DNA of 61,545 bases, the filler included, from Sluysia triapertura (taxonomy: Eukaryota): assembly GCA_046118255.1 (NCBI GenBank). It is 4 parts of 4 records of this genome, joined end to end, with 100 filler letters (N's around TTAATTAATTAA, not from the genome) between each part and the next. Parts side by side here need not be neighbours in the genome. Positions count along the whole stretch, not along the records: positions 1 to 15,455 come from JBJNIA010227791.1; 3 more parts are not named here. The stretch is one strand, 5' to 3'. The position numbers and the translations under genes are program-made. Under the pieces are notes generated by a model. It saw nothing but the letters and a program-made list of their open reading frames with translations, was not told the DNA's origin and searched no databases. Position 1 is the stretch's first letter. Every line of letters begins with the position of its first letter. Positions 1 to 12,370 of the stretch are shown here, in pieces.

Positions 1-1462
1 AATGCTGAGAATCACTAAAACGACAAAAATAACAATAGCGTTTATAATAAAATCAAAGATATTACAATCTAATTAAGTGACACAACAGACACTAACACCA
101 ACAATATCTAGAAAATTAATAGTAATTATGTTAATTAAATATTTTAGGTCAACGTAACAAGGAGTGATCACGATTACAATAAAATTCTTTGGTAACAATA
201 ACTTTAAAGAAAAATTTAACAGTAATTTCTAAAGATAAAACACTTAGTATTTTGATAAATTAAATTACCTAGGGAGTTCCTATTCAAAATGGCTGAAAAT
301 TCAAATTATTAAATAACATAACAGTGTTAGGCTGCCATCACTACATCTAAATTTACATAAAATATTATTAAAAAATTTTCAAATCATTTAAAAAATATTT
401 TAGAGTTTCCAAATATTCAAGAACACATTTATTTTCCAAGAAGAAAATTTGCTTGTTTAAATAGAATAGAAGCTTATAGAATATTCTAGAACATTCCACC
501 GATTTTCATTGGCTGATGACTAGTATATAAACTAGAATCGCTTTAATGAAAATCGCCATTTTACAATTTTATTTTTCAATTATAACTCACACACATTTTT
601 GTCAGGTGCTTTATCTGGTTTTTTGGATGCGAATATTTGGTTTAACGAATCTATTTACAAAATTCTTCGCTGGAATATTTTTTTCAAGATCATTTATTTT
701 CCATGCTTATGGTAATTTGTTTTTTGTGAAGAAATTTTATCTTCCTGGAGATAAAAATTTTAAAATATTACTCTAAAATCCTTAATTAAATATTGTTTTT
801 CCTCGAATTTTATATTATTAAAATTACTAATAAAATTAAAGATTCCAGGATAATTTTAATTATAACCTTTACTCTTTTTATTCTATTATCAAAAGTTTTA
901 CATGTTGTTAATCAAAGTTAAGTATTGTTCTTCGTTTGTGATAAATTGACATAATTGACATAAAATAGTTAATACCCTCGTAATAAAATTGTTAGGAACG
1001 TGTTAAAAATAGTATTTCTAAGATTAATGATAAGTCTAGCACATTAATCATTTGAATATTTTGTTCAGTTTAATAAAACAATGTTAATTAGAATAAAATT
1101 CTTTTCCACTTAAAACAATCTAATTTAAGATATTTTTTTAAAAAGCTATTCTTAATTTGACATTAATTACCAAACTGAAAATATTTACAATTGTTAATAT
1201 TATTACAAAAATTAATGAACATTAAAAAAACAATTTTCAATTTATTTATTAGTTCTAGTAATACCTCACAATATAGATTTAATATAAAATTCAAATTCAT
1301 AAATTTTTATTTTTAATTTAACAGTTTTTTATTAAGAGTAAAATTTGTATTAATTTTAGTCAATACAAATTTATTTACAAAATTAATTATATTTATCTGG
1401 TTAAAATTTAAATTTCATTTTTTTATTGATATTATTATTATTTGTTTTGTTATTTTATAAAT

Positions 1463-3066
1463 ATGTCAAGATTAAAAATTACTTTGACTGATGTAGTTAA
1501 TGCAGAACAGTTTTTTCCAAGTAAAGAAGATGTTGAGCTTGATATTTGGAAGCAATTCATATTTGGTACATCAGAATATGAAGGTGATATTTTAAGAACA
1601 AATTTGGGAATTGATAATTTCTTTAAAAGATTAAATGATCAAATAACATCTATGATATCTTGGGCTAAAGCGTTGCCAGGATTTGCTAAATTAGATGATG
1701 ATGTTAAACAACAGATCTTTGAAAAAAGTTAAACTTTTACAATTATAATTATTGATTTTCAAAATGTAGATTGGCCTGAAGTGCTAGTATTAACAATTGC
1801 TTATCGAACTTATCATTATTTTAAACAACCTCAAACAATAAACGATCAATACGTCATTTTTCCAGTATGTAGTTTACAGATAAATTGTTATACCTTTCTA
1901 ACACCACTGATGGCATATAATTTCAAAATGTCAAATTTATTGAAAATATGGATATCGGATATTGTTAAAGAAATTTGTCAAGATTTAAATATAGATTTAT
2001 TTGAAATTGCTATTTATAAAGCAATATTGTTATTTAATGAATGTTAGTAGTATCATATTTTATCAATTGTATATTTGAAATGAAATTTATAACAATTTTT
2101 TAAAATTGTTGCAATGAAACTTATTATATTTGATATATTTGAAATTTCGTTATGTGCTTTGGAATTTCGTGCACAACGATGCTGTTTGAAGTTTAATATG
2201 AATAAATTCAAACAGATTAAATTTTAAATCAAAAGATGCACACTTGTCGCCAAAGTTTTGTAAAATAGATAGTCTCCATAGGCTTATGTGTATCCCCAGA
2301 TGGAAAGTTTCCATAAATTGTGGTCTAGCTTTTCACAATCATAAATAAAATACATAACCAACAATTTCTTCGTTCTTGAATCTGTAATAGTTCATAAAAT
2401 AATAATGATTCAAACATCAAAACTATGGATCGAATTACACTATCAATATGTATTTATTTTTTTCATATTTCTAAATTTAGTTATTTGACATGGCCTCATA
2501 AATCCGATTGGAGGAGATTGGATCATTAAACACACATGCTTAATAAATTTATTTGTTAAAATATTACTATATATTGGATGTTACATAATTATTTTTGATT
2601 GAGATTGAATTATTTAATTCTAATATATATTTTATAAAGCAGTAATATATAAATCTAAATTGATTGAAGCGCTATAAATCCGGTAAAGTTTTTTAATTTC
2701 AATCATTTAATTTGATTAGTAAAAATGATATTTTCTCTTATTTCAGGTGCTAATGAATCAGCTCGTGTTATTCACTCGAATTTAATAAATTTATTATTTG
2801 AATATCAAGAAATTCAAATCAATAAGAAAAAGAAGAAGACTAATAATGATAATAATAATACCACAATAGATTCTAAACATATGAAAATGATGTTGGCCAT
2901 TACAAAAATCCAAAATGTCAGTAAAGTACTTTTAGATGCAATTGCACACGAAATATTTACTTGTGAAATAATGTACAGTTTTAATCCATTTCCGTTACAT
3001 ATTATTAAACAAACACTTCAAAAATTTGAAACATTAGAAGAATTAATTAAAAACCGTTATAAATGA
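1463..3066 (+). CDS. Nuclear hormone receptor, ligand-binding domain only; exons 1463-1727, 1770-2042, 2747-3066 (285 aa)
   Basis: LBD signature ISWAKALPGFAKLDDDVKQQIFEK joins NWPEVLVLTIAYR across a 42-nt GT-AG intron (1728-1769). LNIDLFEIAIYKAILLFN is followed by a GTTAGT donor (2043) and a TTTCAG acceptor (2746). Phases match and the spliced length is 858 nt. AATAAA signals lie at about 3088-3106. Confidence 0.85.
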
Positions 3067-3399
3067 TTGCTGTATTTTTTATACTTTAATAAAAATTTTA
3101 ATAAAACCTTTTTCTAAATCAAAACTTTCGTTGAAATATTACGTATGTTTACTAAGTAACTACGTTTGAGTAAATTGTTCCTTCAAATTATATTGAACTT
3201 CGTCATGTTCTTTCCAGTAGTGCGTAGATTGCAAACTTTTCGTCAATTTTAATTCTTAACTTGTCTCCTATTTTAAATGCGTTTCTACAATGATTTTAGT
3301 ACAAATGAAATATCAATTATTGATGAATGACTATGTCCATAATACTGATCTCTCTGATTAAAGTGATAATCAAAATGTCATTTTTGTGTACATTTAAAA

Positions 3400-3850
3400 T
3401 GTTTACATCACTCAATGTACACATTACATCAAAAAAATCATTAAATTCGTATTTAAAATATTAAAAGTAACAGTAATTTAAATGGAATTTCTTTTAAGAC
3501 CTGTAACTTCATTAATTCTCTATTAAAACTACTCTTTCATATTTTCTTTATTTTATTATTATTACCATCGACCAAGAACAATGCTTTAAATATTATGGAA
3601 TTAACATAAGTTACTTATGAAGATAGAGTCATGAAGAAAAAGGAATTATTAAAGAAAAATAAAGGAATTTAAGTATTATATATTTTACGCTAATACATTT
3701 TTATTAATATTACTTTTATCATTATTCATTTTTATTACTATGACAACTATTATTATCCAATTACTATTATTAAATGATTTAAACTGCCAATTTTGACACA
3801 TTTTTAATTTTATGCCGTTATTTACTGTCAGCTATTGACAGACTATAACA
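3400..3850 (-). mobile_element. Degenerate solo-LTR-like repeat (family B), partial
   Basis: Similar to 4858-4980 (CATCAAAAATCATTAAATT...AAATGAAATTTCT). Ends in the hairpin CTGTCAGCTATTGACAG followed by ACTATAACA, like the other copies. Confidence 0.5.
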
Positions 3851-4292
3851 ATTTAAAATTTTATATAAATAACCGCAGAGCAACAAGACATTTACTCCTT
3901 ATTTGTATTGAAAATTCACAATAGAATTGGCTGAGATAAGTAACAACACACAATGTAGATATTCACAATTTGTTCAGCTGCAATTTTAATTCAATAACTA
4001 TCACCGCAAAATAAATTTATTTCAGCCGCAATGGTAACTTAAAATTTAGAGACAACAAATAATTGCACACATTTTTATGAGATTAAAATTCTAAATGATA
4101 ACTTCAATAAATTAAAAATATTAATTAGAAAATGAAAATCAAACAAAGAAACAATTCTTAAAAGTAATACCACCTCGACAGCGAAATCATATGTTAATAA
4201 TAAGTTCAACAAACAAAATTCTCTATTATAACTCTCTTTCATATTTTCTTTATTTTATTATTATTATCATCGACCAAGAACAATGCTTTAAA
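3514..4292 (+). repeat. ~77-bp near-identical direct duplication (3514-3590 and 4217-4292)
   Basis: AATTCTCTATTA...CTCTTTCATATTTTCTTTATTTTATTATTATTA(C/T)CATCGACCAAGAACAATGCTTTAAA occurs twice. Confidence 0.9.
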
Positions 4293-4597
4293 GATGAACA
4301 TTTTCGAAATTATAAATCACCAACCGCCAAGTCATCAATATCTTATAATAATGTAAACTCAAATATTCAAGTTTGAAGTTAATTTCGTCAATAACAAACT
4401 ATTTGTGGATTAGAAAAATGAATATATTACACTCTACAAATTCGTATCTGAGAATTCATATTATTAGTTATCAGTACAATCTTATCAATATGTCTAATTA
4501 TATAACCAAAAACGTACCTGGTATTACACTTTTCATCTCAACGAGAAAACACTTTAATATTGAACAAAATATCAAATACACAATATTATCGTTCCTT

Positions 4598-4755
4598 TGT
4601 TAGACTTCATAAAATGGACTGACCGGGGATCGAACCCGGGCCCTTCGCTGCGCAGTTCGAATGCTCTACAACTGAACTATCAGCCCCATCTAACGATTTC
4701 ATTTTTATTATATTCAATTTTACCAAATGGCACTTTTAGGCCTTTTACCCCAACA
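4598..4755 (-). mobile_element. tRNA-containing LTR-like repeat (family A), full-length solo copy; tRNA-like core 4615-4686
   Basis: Minus strand reads TGTTGGGG...GTGCCATTTGG...GGGCTGATAGTTCAGTTGTAGAGC...CCGGGTTCGATCCCCGGTCAGTCCATTTTATGAAGTCTAACA. It has A and B boxes, acceptor and T stems, and a T4 terminator. Confidence 0.85.
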
Positions 4756-4780
4756 CAATAATCAACTTAGAAATCATGAA

Positions 4781-5221
4781 TGTGGTGGCCAACTTCTTCA
4801 TTAAGAATTTTAAATACATCACAACACACGAAAGTTTACAATTCTACAACATTATAACATCAAAAATCATTAAATTTACATTTTAAAATTCATTTTAAAA
4901 CAATAAACTAAATGAAATTTCTCTTAACACCTTTAACCACGTTGTTATGCCCTTTAGATATTCTTTCATAAACTTTCTTAATATTTTTTTATATTCAAGA
5001 ATTTTAAAGAAATAATAGAAAGAAAGATATGTAATTTATGTAATTTTTACATTGTTATTATTTATTATTATTGTTTTATTTTATTTTTGTTATTATTATT
5101 ATTTACATTACTACATTAACACCATTTTATTATCATTATTAATATTAGTAATTGTTGCTGCCATTATTGTCTAATAGTACTCGTCAATAGTTGACGTATT
5201 TCTGTCGTTTAGTGACAGACA
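4781..5221 (-). mobile_element. Solo-LTR-like repeat (family B)
   Basis: TGTGGTGGCCAAC at one end and CTGTCGTTTAGTGACAGACA at the other. Shares CACCATTTTATTAT and both termini with the reverse complement of 46523-47172. Confidence 0.6.
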
Positions 5222-5250
5222 TTTAATTAACATTGGTATAGTCACAATGA

Positions 5251-5277
5251 TGATTTTCATTGGCCAACCAATCACAG
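5251..5277. promoter_or_regulatory. Paired CCAAT-box-like motif upstream of the ACTR5 relic
   Basis: GATTTTCATTGGCCAACCAATCACAG; a similar GATTTTCATTGGC occurs at about 501. Confidence 0.3.
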
Positions 5278-5347
5278 TAATGATTACTCTTCAATACAGT
5301 AGATTCATGTTTATTAATTTTAATTAACGTAAATTTTTAAAAACAGA

Positions 5348-6441
5348 ATGACAAAAATTATATTTCTAATTAACTGAATGATAAATCTTCACCATATTCA
5401 TCAAATAAAAGTATTTACAATACATGTTACTATGATATTCCATTTGTTATCGATAACAATTATTATCACTTTGGAGTTGAATTTTCTGTTAACAAGAACT
5501 CTTTATTACAATTTAGAAATGTTACTGGAAAGTCAAAAACTAAAAAAGATGGTATTATATTTCGAAAATACATTAAAGGTTTTAGTAGTTAATTTATATA
5601 TACATTTGATAGAAACGTGTTGGTTAATTATGAAATAAAAGGATCTGTTTTTAATTATGCTCTTGACCAAATGTTTCGAGAATTTCCGTCATACCATCCT
5701 ATGGTAATTAATAAACCTCTTTATAATCAAAATATATGCATACAACAAATGTCACAATTATTATTCAATTATTATTATTATCACAATTATACTCTAAGTC
5801 TTACTTATTATGTTGATTACCTTGTTAGTTATGCTTATGATAATTTAGTTTATTTGCAGTGATACGCAACTGACACATCAGATAATATTTCTTTTAATTA
5901 TCAATAATTTCATTCAACTTATGTACTAATTGATCTTTTAGAACCTAGAATAGAATCAGTGGGATTCTATAATCAACACGAATCACGGAGTGAAATTAAG
6001 AATTTAGAATAAACTATTGAAAATCTACAATATAAGATCAAAAGAATTTTGAAGCAATCACTAATTAAAGAGTCATTTAATGACGTTAATAGCTATGACT
6101 TAATCGACATTACTGGCGAAGAATTAGATGGTGATCAAGAATTTAAATTGAACCAGCTACAGTTAATGATACAAACAATATTGATAAGACTCGAACAAAT
6201 ACTATTACTGAATAAACTACAAAATAAAAAGATGTTAACTATTATCAATGAGCCAGAAGAAATGATTGTAGATTGTCTTTGTATATCTATCAATAATAAC
6301 AAATGCATATTATTGTTCCACTTAGTCATTGTCACAAAATGGTTGTATCATCAAATACGAAACATATGTACCGAAATTCCTCTAATCCACATATTTGTAT
6401 TTCGTTTTTGCTCAAGATCGACTATTCAAGTATTTGCTTAA
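5348..6441 (+). pseudogene. ACTR5: Decayed actin-related protein 5 (INO80 subunit) copy
   Basis: Frame 1 reads IPFVIDNN...LLQFRNVTGKSKTKK...TFDRNVLVNYE...HPMVINKPLYN...QMSQLLFNYY...SLTYYVDYLVS, matching the Arp5 N-terminus (IVIDNG, FRN, FDRNV, HP, MSELLFE, YGVD). In-frame stops at 5371, 5590, 5860, 5905 and 6010; much shorter than Arp5. Confidence 0.75.
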
Positions 6442-7399
6442 AGGTATATCTTTATATTTCACTTTTATTAATGCATTTTTTAACTACGAAATATTGATTT
6501 ACTGTTCTTCATTAGTTTTAATTAAATGTCGTAGCATATGGACATTAATATGTCTAAAGATAAAACACCAATCAATTTTATATCTTAACTATTTTATAAA
6601 ACGAAATTTTAGGAATTTAATGTGCATTTAAAATCACTTAGACTTTATTTTTGTTATTTTATTTCCAATTTTAATAAAAGAGAATTTTGTAGAATGAAAA
6701 CATTTAAATTTAATAGATACTTATACAATTACCTTTTGATATTTAGACACATCTTTTGTAGCAATATTAATTTTGTCTATAATTTTAAATACAATTTTCA
6801 TATACGTTTAAGTCAATTATTAAAGCTAAAAATTAACAAGTCTTTTAACATCAACCTCCTATAATGAGGCTTACTCGATGATATCTATAAACATCAGTTG
6901 TAATCATCAAATTAGATTCGATAGGAGGTTGTACACCACAGTGTTACATGAAGTTTTGTGGCAGACAATGTATGCAAAGGTATACTATTTTATATGTCTG
7001 ATATTACATTTTGATTCTTATTATTATTCTTTTTTATTCAATTCATGGTTATGTACATACCTATTTAGTGTAAGACTCTCAATGTGTTCAAGCATGTTCC
7101 AACAGTTATTGTTCTATAGTCAACGTTTATCAAAGCATTTTCTTATAAATCTAATAAATTTTATACTTAATAAATGTCTTTAAAATTATTTTAATTCTTT
7201 TATTTTTAATAATCATCAAAAAAAGTTCCATAAAATTATTATATTAATGTTCATTAGTAAATGTTTGTTAAATAAATTCGATAACTCCAAGTATCATGAA
7301 TTTATCGTAATCAAACACAAGCTTTATTTCGATTTAATTAAATCTTATAAGTACTTGTTAAATAAACTAAGTAAATTTATTGATATAATTTTTCAACAA

Positions 7400-7764
7400 A
7401 TGAATTCAAATTTTATTGTAATATAATTACACTCAATAATTATTTATTTAACAATCATAATTTTAACTTCAATTATCCACCACAAAATAAATTACATAAT
7501 TTCCATCTAACTCCACAAAATGAAAATTATATTTTCTCACCAGTTGGACGCTGATTTAACGTTTTTAGATTGTTTGATTTGTCATTTATTGGGACTAGTA
7601 ATTCATTAAAGTTTGATATTTCGGGCAACAAAAACAATATATTTTGTTCTTCAAAAGATGGCATTTACGAATTTGTTCAAAGAAGGGCTGTTAAGGTCTT
7701 CAAAAATGAATTTAGCTCTGGTTGGAAAAAAGTTAAAATTATAAATAATCTTCTTGTTATATGA
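7400..7764 (+). pseudogene. WDR36: Decayed N-terminal fragment of WDR36/UTP21
   Basis: YIFSPVGR*FNVFRLFDLSFIGTSNSLKFDI resembles recalled WDR36 YVTTCVGKSFHTYDVQKLSLVAVSNSVPQDI. In-frame TGA at 7552. Confidence 0.55.
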
Positions 7765-7799
7765 GATGTCCTTTCAAGAGCTGATAAACATTTAAATAC

Positions 7800-8135
7800 A
7801 GTGGAATTGATGACATTGTTGATATAAATGAAATGAAAAGAAGACAACAAATTAGGAGGAAGAAACAGTCCTGGATAATATAGATCTGGACTCGGTCAAT
7901 CCTTCGGATTGACTATCACTGGGAGCAACAGAAGCGTTCTTCAGAGCAAGCATCACCAATACACACAACGTTATGCTGGATAGTGAATTGCTCAACTATG
8001 TCACAACGGCGGATGTGCAAGCAGTTCACAACAACTTCCCCTGCATAATCTGATCAACATGGACAGTTATTGGATGGTGCTTGTTGTCAATAACATTGAC
8101 AAGAGCTACTTCTACTTTGTTCTGGATCCAAACAG
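7800..8135 (+). mobile_element. GC-richer degenerate coding fragment, possibly Ulp1-like cysteine protease of transposon origin
   Basis: Sharp rise in GC. SYWMVLVVNNIDKSYFYFVLDP resembles the HW-x-L...Y-x-DS motif of Ulp1 peptidases. Frameshifted. Confidence 0.3.
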
Positions 8136-11100
8136 TTAAAATTTCACTTCTATGGATTCTTATGTATCAATATTAATAAAATAATTTCTATTTCTAATGA
8201 ATCCAAATTAAATAAATGAGACTACAGAGTAATAATAATTGCATTCCTTTTTGATTTCCCAGGTGCGTTAATTTTATTACGATGAAACATTAAATTTATG
8301 CACGTTTTGGCTGTAATTAATGATGTTTTTTCTTTTAAAATTATAAAATTGGTTTTATTAAATGCAGCTATCTAATATGGTGTAATGTAAGTAAAAATAT
8401 CACAATTTTATTTTTGTAATTAAATAAATTTAATGTAAATTGAGCCTTTTTGAAGTTTATATAAAATTTTATATTTATACAATAAGACTTACTAATACAC
8501 AAAATGTTAATAAGTTATATTTTCATAGTAATTTGTAAATTTTTATTTATGTTAGATTTTATTTTGTTTATTTAATTCAAAATACCTGTAAATTAATTTT
8601 AAAATAATACTTCCAGTGCCGTGAGTATTTAAATTATATTTATATTATATTAAAAAAATTTTCATATTGGTCTTTATTGTAATTTGATTTTTTAATTGTT
8701 TAACATTATATCCTATTAAGTATTTCAGCTGATAAAATAAATAAAACTGGCACATAGTTCAATTTCACTGGAATTTACAGTGACTTATTTGATGTAGAAA
8801 ATGCAAACGATGTCTCAATCATTATTATCTGTTTACTTTTTTCAATACATTTTTTGAACATCAAAACAGAAGTCAACATTAATTTTCTTATTAACTTGGA
8901 ATTATCTAATTTAATTAATTAAAATAAAAATGTATTTTCAAGCGAGAAAAGGAAGACTAAACAAATTAAGGAAAAAGTTTAAAATATCTTGTTTGAACCA
9001 TGACCAAAAAACTTTAATTTAATAATTAAATTTCATTTATGTATTATTAAATTTATTTAATAATATAATTATTAAAATTTCATGACATTATATAAATAAT
9101 CAAAAAGTCGCTATTTACAATGTGATGATCAACACAATTAAATAATTAAATTAAATTATGTTACTGTTAATTATAATTATAAAAATAATTTACGATTTAT
9201 TAAGTTATTTTATGTTACGATTTTGCTGAAATAATTTATTGAAATTTCAATACCGACAACATTGCTTACAAACGTGATTAACAATATAAGCTTCACATTG
9301 TTCATTTTCATTTAATATAATGCTTGCCCTAACAAGATGATTTCGTTTTATCCAATAACAATAAGCCAATCAAAATTTTTTTAGTTTAATACAATGACTA
9401 AAAGAGAGAATATTTCGAAAGTTGTGTAATCATCATAGAGCTGAAACAAGAGATAAAATTAAATCCAAACTTGTATTTTCGATGTAAATACAGAAAAGCA
9501 CATTTCCGCTTTTACATAATTGGTGGTATAAAATTATAAATCAAATTTACCATGAATAATTGAAAATACATATATTGCAATTACAATAATTTCAATAAGT
9601 ATTATAAATATGTGCACCATAATCACTATTATTTGTAACTAATGTTTGTAACTATCATTATTTATGTACTTTTTGATTTATTCCAAGATACCAATTTAAT
9701 ACATTTTAATGATATTCTTTGAAGCAATCTTTCGAGGTTATTTTAGAAAAATTGGTTTATGACTGCAATATTATTAATACATAATTACATCATATTCTTT
9801 TTGAAAACGTTTTAATAGTTTTCCAAACTAACTTTGGAGGTAATGTCAATCAAATATCAAATGAAAATCCAGATGTATGAGTAAGAAAATATATTTTTTT
9901 AATTTCATTATATTTTAACATAAACATTTACATAGTAAAATTTATTTTTGTCGTAATCTATTACATTTTAAAGAATATATTTTATTGAACTTATAAAGAA
10001 TATTGAAGATAGCTTAATTTTTTATTTTTGGAAATAAATGTATTTAAAAGATCATTTTAATACGCACAAAAAAATGATTAAATAAATCGCTATCTATTAA
10101 GTGTAACGTTTTGGAGATGTGAGAATAAAGCTAGAATAAGTAGTGAGTTCACCAACGTATTGGGCTTACAAACCTAATGGCAAACCGTTGGATTTTTTAT
10201 ATTAAAAATGGAGGCTAGTAATTCAAATTTTTAATAGTTTAATGGTTTAATAGTTTAATAAATTCAGTATTTTAAGGGGCTAATTATGATTTTAATGATT
10301 TTAAGAGTTTAAAAATAATAAGAATGATTTTTCTCAGGTTTGAATATACAAACCTTTTTTCAAAAAATTAGATAATTTACTAAGGTTCAGTATAAATGAA
10401 CCTATTAGATATTTTACTTAGATTCTCTAAGGAACCTGATTAATAAATATTTAAATTTACACAAATATTTAAATACACAAAAATATTTTATTAATACACG
10501 ATTTAATACAAATAATATGAATTAATACACGAGTTAATACAAATAATATGAAGTAATAAAAGGTATATATTACAATGGATTATTCTGTGAATAATCTCAA
10601 TATAAATTTAGAAATTGATTTTACTTTGCTATCTATAAATGATAGCTAATTTATTAAAATATAATTTATGTTGGATTTTACAAAAGCAATAATAAAAATT
10701 GCAGTAGACTTACGATAAAAAACTAACGATAACAGAAATCCAGAAATATAATGTTGTATCCACGAATGCAATTGATAATTCTACTGAGTGATAAAAATCG
10801 AAGGATTATGAAATTGAATTTGTCACTTGTAAAAGTTAAGCAGCAATTGTGAAACTTGCAAAAATTAAATAAGAATTGTGAGAAGTATAAGTTAATGTTG
10901 TTCCTTTTATATTTATTTTGAGTGACCTTGAGCAGGTACATTAAAACAAGGAATAAAATTAAAACAAGAATTAAGTTTTAAAATAAGAAATAATTTAATA
11001 TCTATAATTTTTTATTTTAAATTTAATATTTATAATTTTTCAATTTTAATATTTATTTTATAAAATTTTAATATTTATTTTAATAATAATAATATTAAAA

Positions 11101-11462
11101 TATCAAATAATAAAATACCAACCTGGATGATGATGAGCTCGATTAAATATTTCCAAAAATGATAAATTGAATTATAAGTTTTCCAATAATTAACAAATTA
11201 TAAATTTTCTAATAATTTATAAATTTTCCAATAAATTTTCCGTAATTTCACTAAATATTAATATATGATTTTCCGAAATGATTTAAATAAAAACTTTTAC
11301 GAAATATTTAAATTAATATTTACATATTTGAATTTACATTAGACTTTTTGAAAACATCTGCTTGCTTACAGGTTTTCAAAATAGATTTATACCACAATGT
11401 TACTTAATTTTGGTAAATTATACATTAAACTAGTATCCTTTTTAAATTTCTTTTTTTAAACA

Positions 11463-11463
<1 letters not shown>

Positions 11464-11500
<37 letters not shown>
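11464..11500. repeat. (TAA)n microsatellite
   Basis: Direct reading. Confidence 0.95.
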
Positions 11501-11502
<2 letters not shown>

Positions 11503-12312
11503 GTGCAAAGTGTTACTTTTAGAACTATAATTACACTGACACCATGCACAAATTCAAATAGAATAAAATTATAGTTACAAAAATAAATACAAAATTATAG
11601 ATTAAAGGTAATATCTTAATACTTTTTATAAGATATTTTAAAAAGATTTTATTGCTAACTTTAAATTAGCAGATGAAATGAGTAAGTCCTAATATTAAAT
11701 TAGGGCAAAACTTATGGTAATAAAACTTCGAGAAATTTATATAAGACAGTTTCAGTAAATACTACCCTAACCGAGCAGTAAATTTCGACTGGATTCATAC
11801 TTTTGATACTTACATATTAATATAATGTATCGTCATCCGAGATTAATATTGAATTTTCCAAGTAACTTACATTTGAACAGAATCGAACTTTAATCCAATA
11901 TATTTAAATTCTCAAGTTCTATTATTCTAATAACGTTTTTACAAGTTTTTAATTGTTTTTTATTGGCGTATTGTAAATTGTAACTATAACAATTCTATGA
12001 TCGTTTTATTATAAAAATTCATTATTTTTTACGTTTTCATTATGATTATTAAAATTAAATAGGATTTTATTACGATTAAATTTTATTATAATAATAATTA
12101 TTATTATTATCATATCAAATCATTAAAATTATTAAGTTTGAAATATACTTAAAAATGACGTACCTTGACAATGAGTTAAATCGATTTTTGGTATTTCTAC
12201 CTTTAACTGAGATTGTTAACATTATTATTATTTAATTATTATCATTATAATTACTATAAGAACATTATTATTAATATTATTTAATATTTATTAATAAACT
12301 TATAATATAATC

Positions 12313-12369
<57 letters not shown>
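12313..12369. repeat. (TTA)n microsatellite
   Basis: Direct reading. Confidence 0.95.

Positions 12370-12370
<1 letters not shown>

Noticed and set aside
546-776. 76-aa Phe-rich ORF as an upstream exon of the nuclear receptor
   Set aside because: No zinc-finger cysteine pattern; the composition reflects T-rich non-coding DNA.
4615-4686. Functional tRNA genes (also 33259-33330 and 61464-61536)
   Set aside because: Anticodon stems do not pair canonically and differ between copies, and all copies share long repeat flanks; they are treated as parts of a mobile element.
5341-6441. Stop-codon reassignment suggested by in-frame TAA/TGA in the ACTR5-like frame
   Set aside because: The conserved genes here have no internal stops and end in TAA (AP2S1) or TGA (nuclear receptor); the relic also has deletions and degraded motifs.
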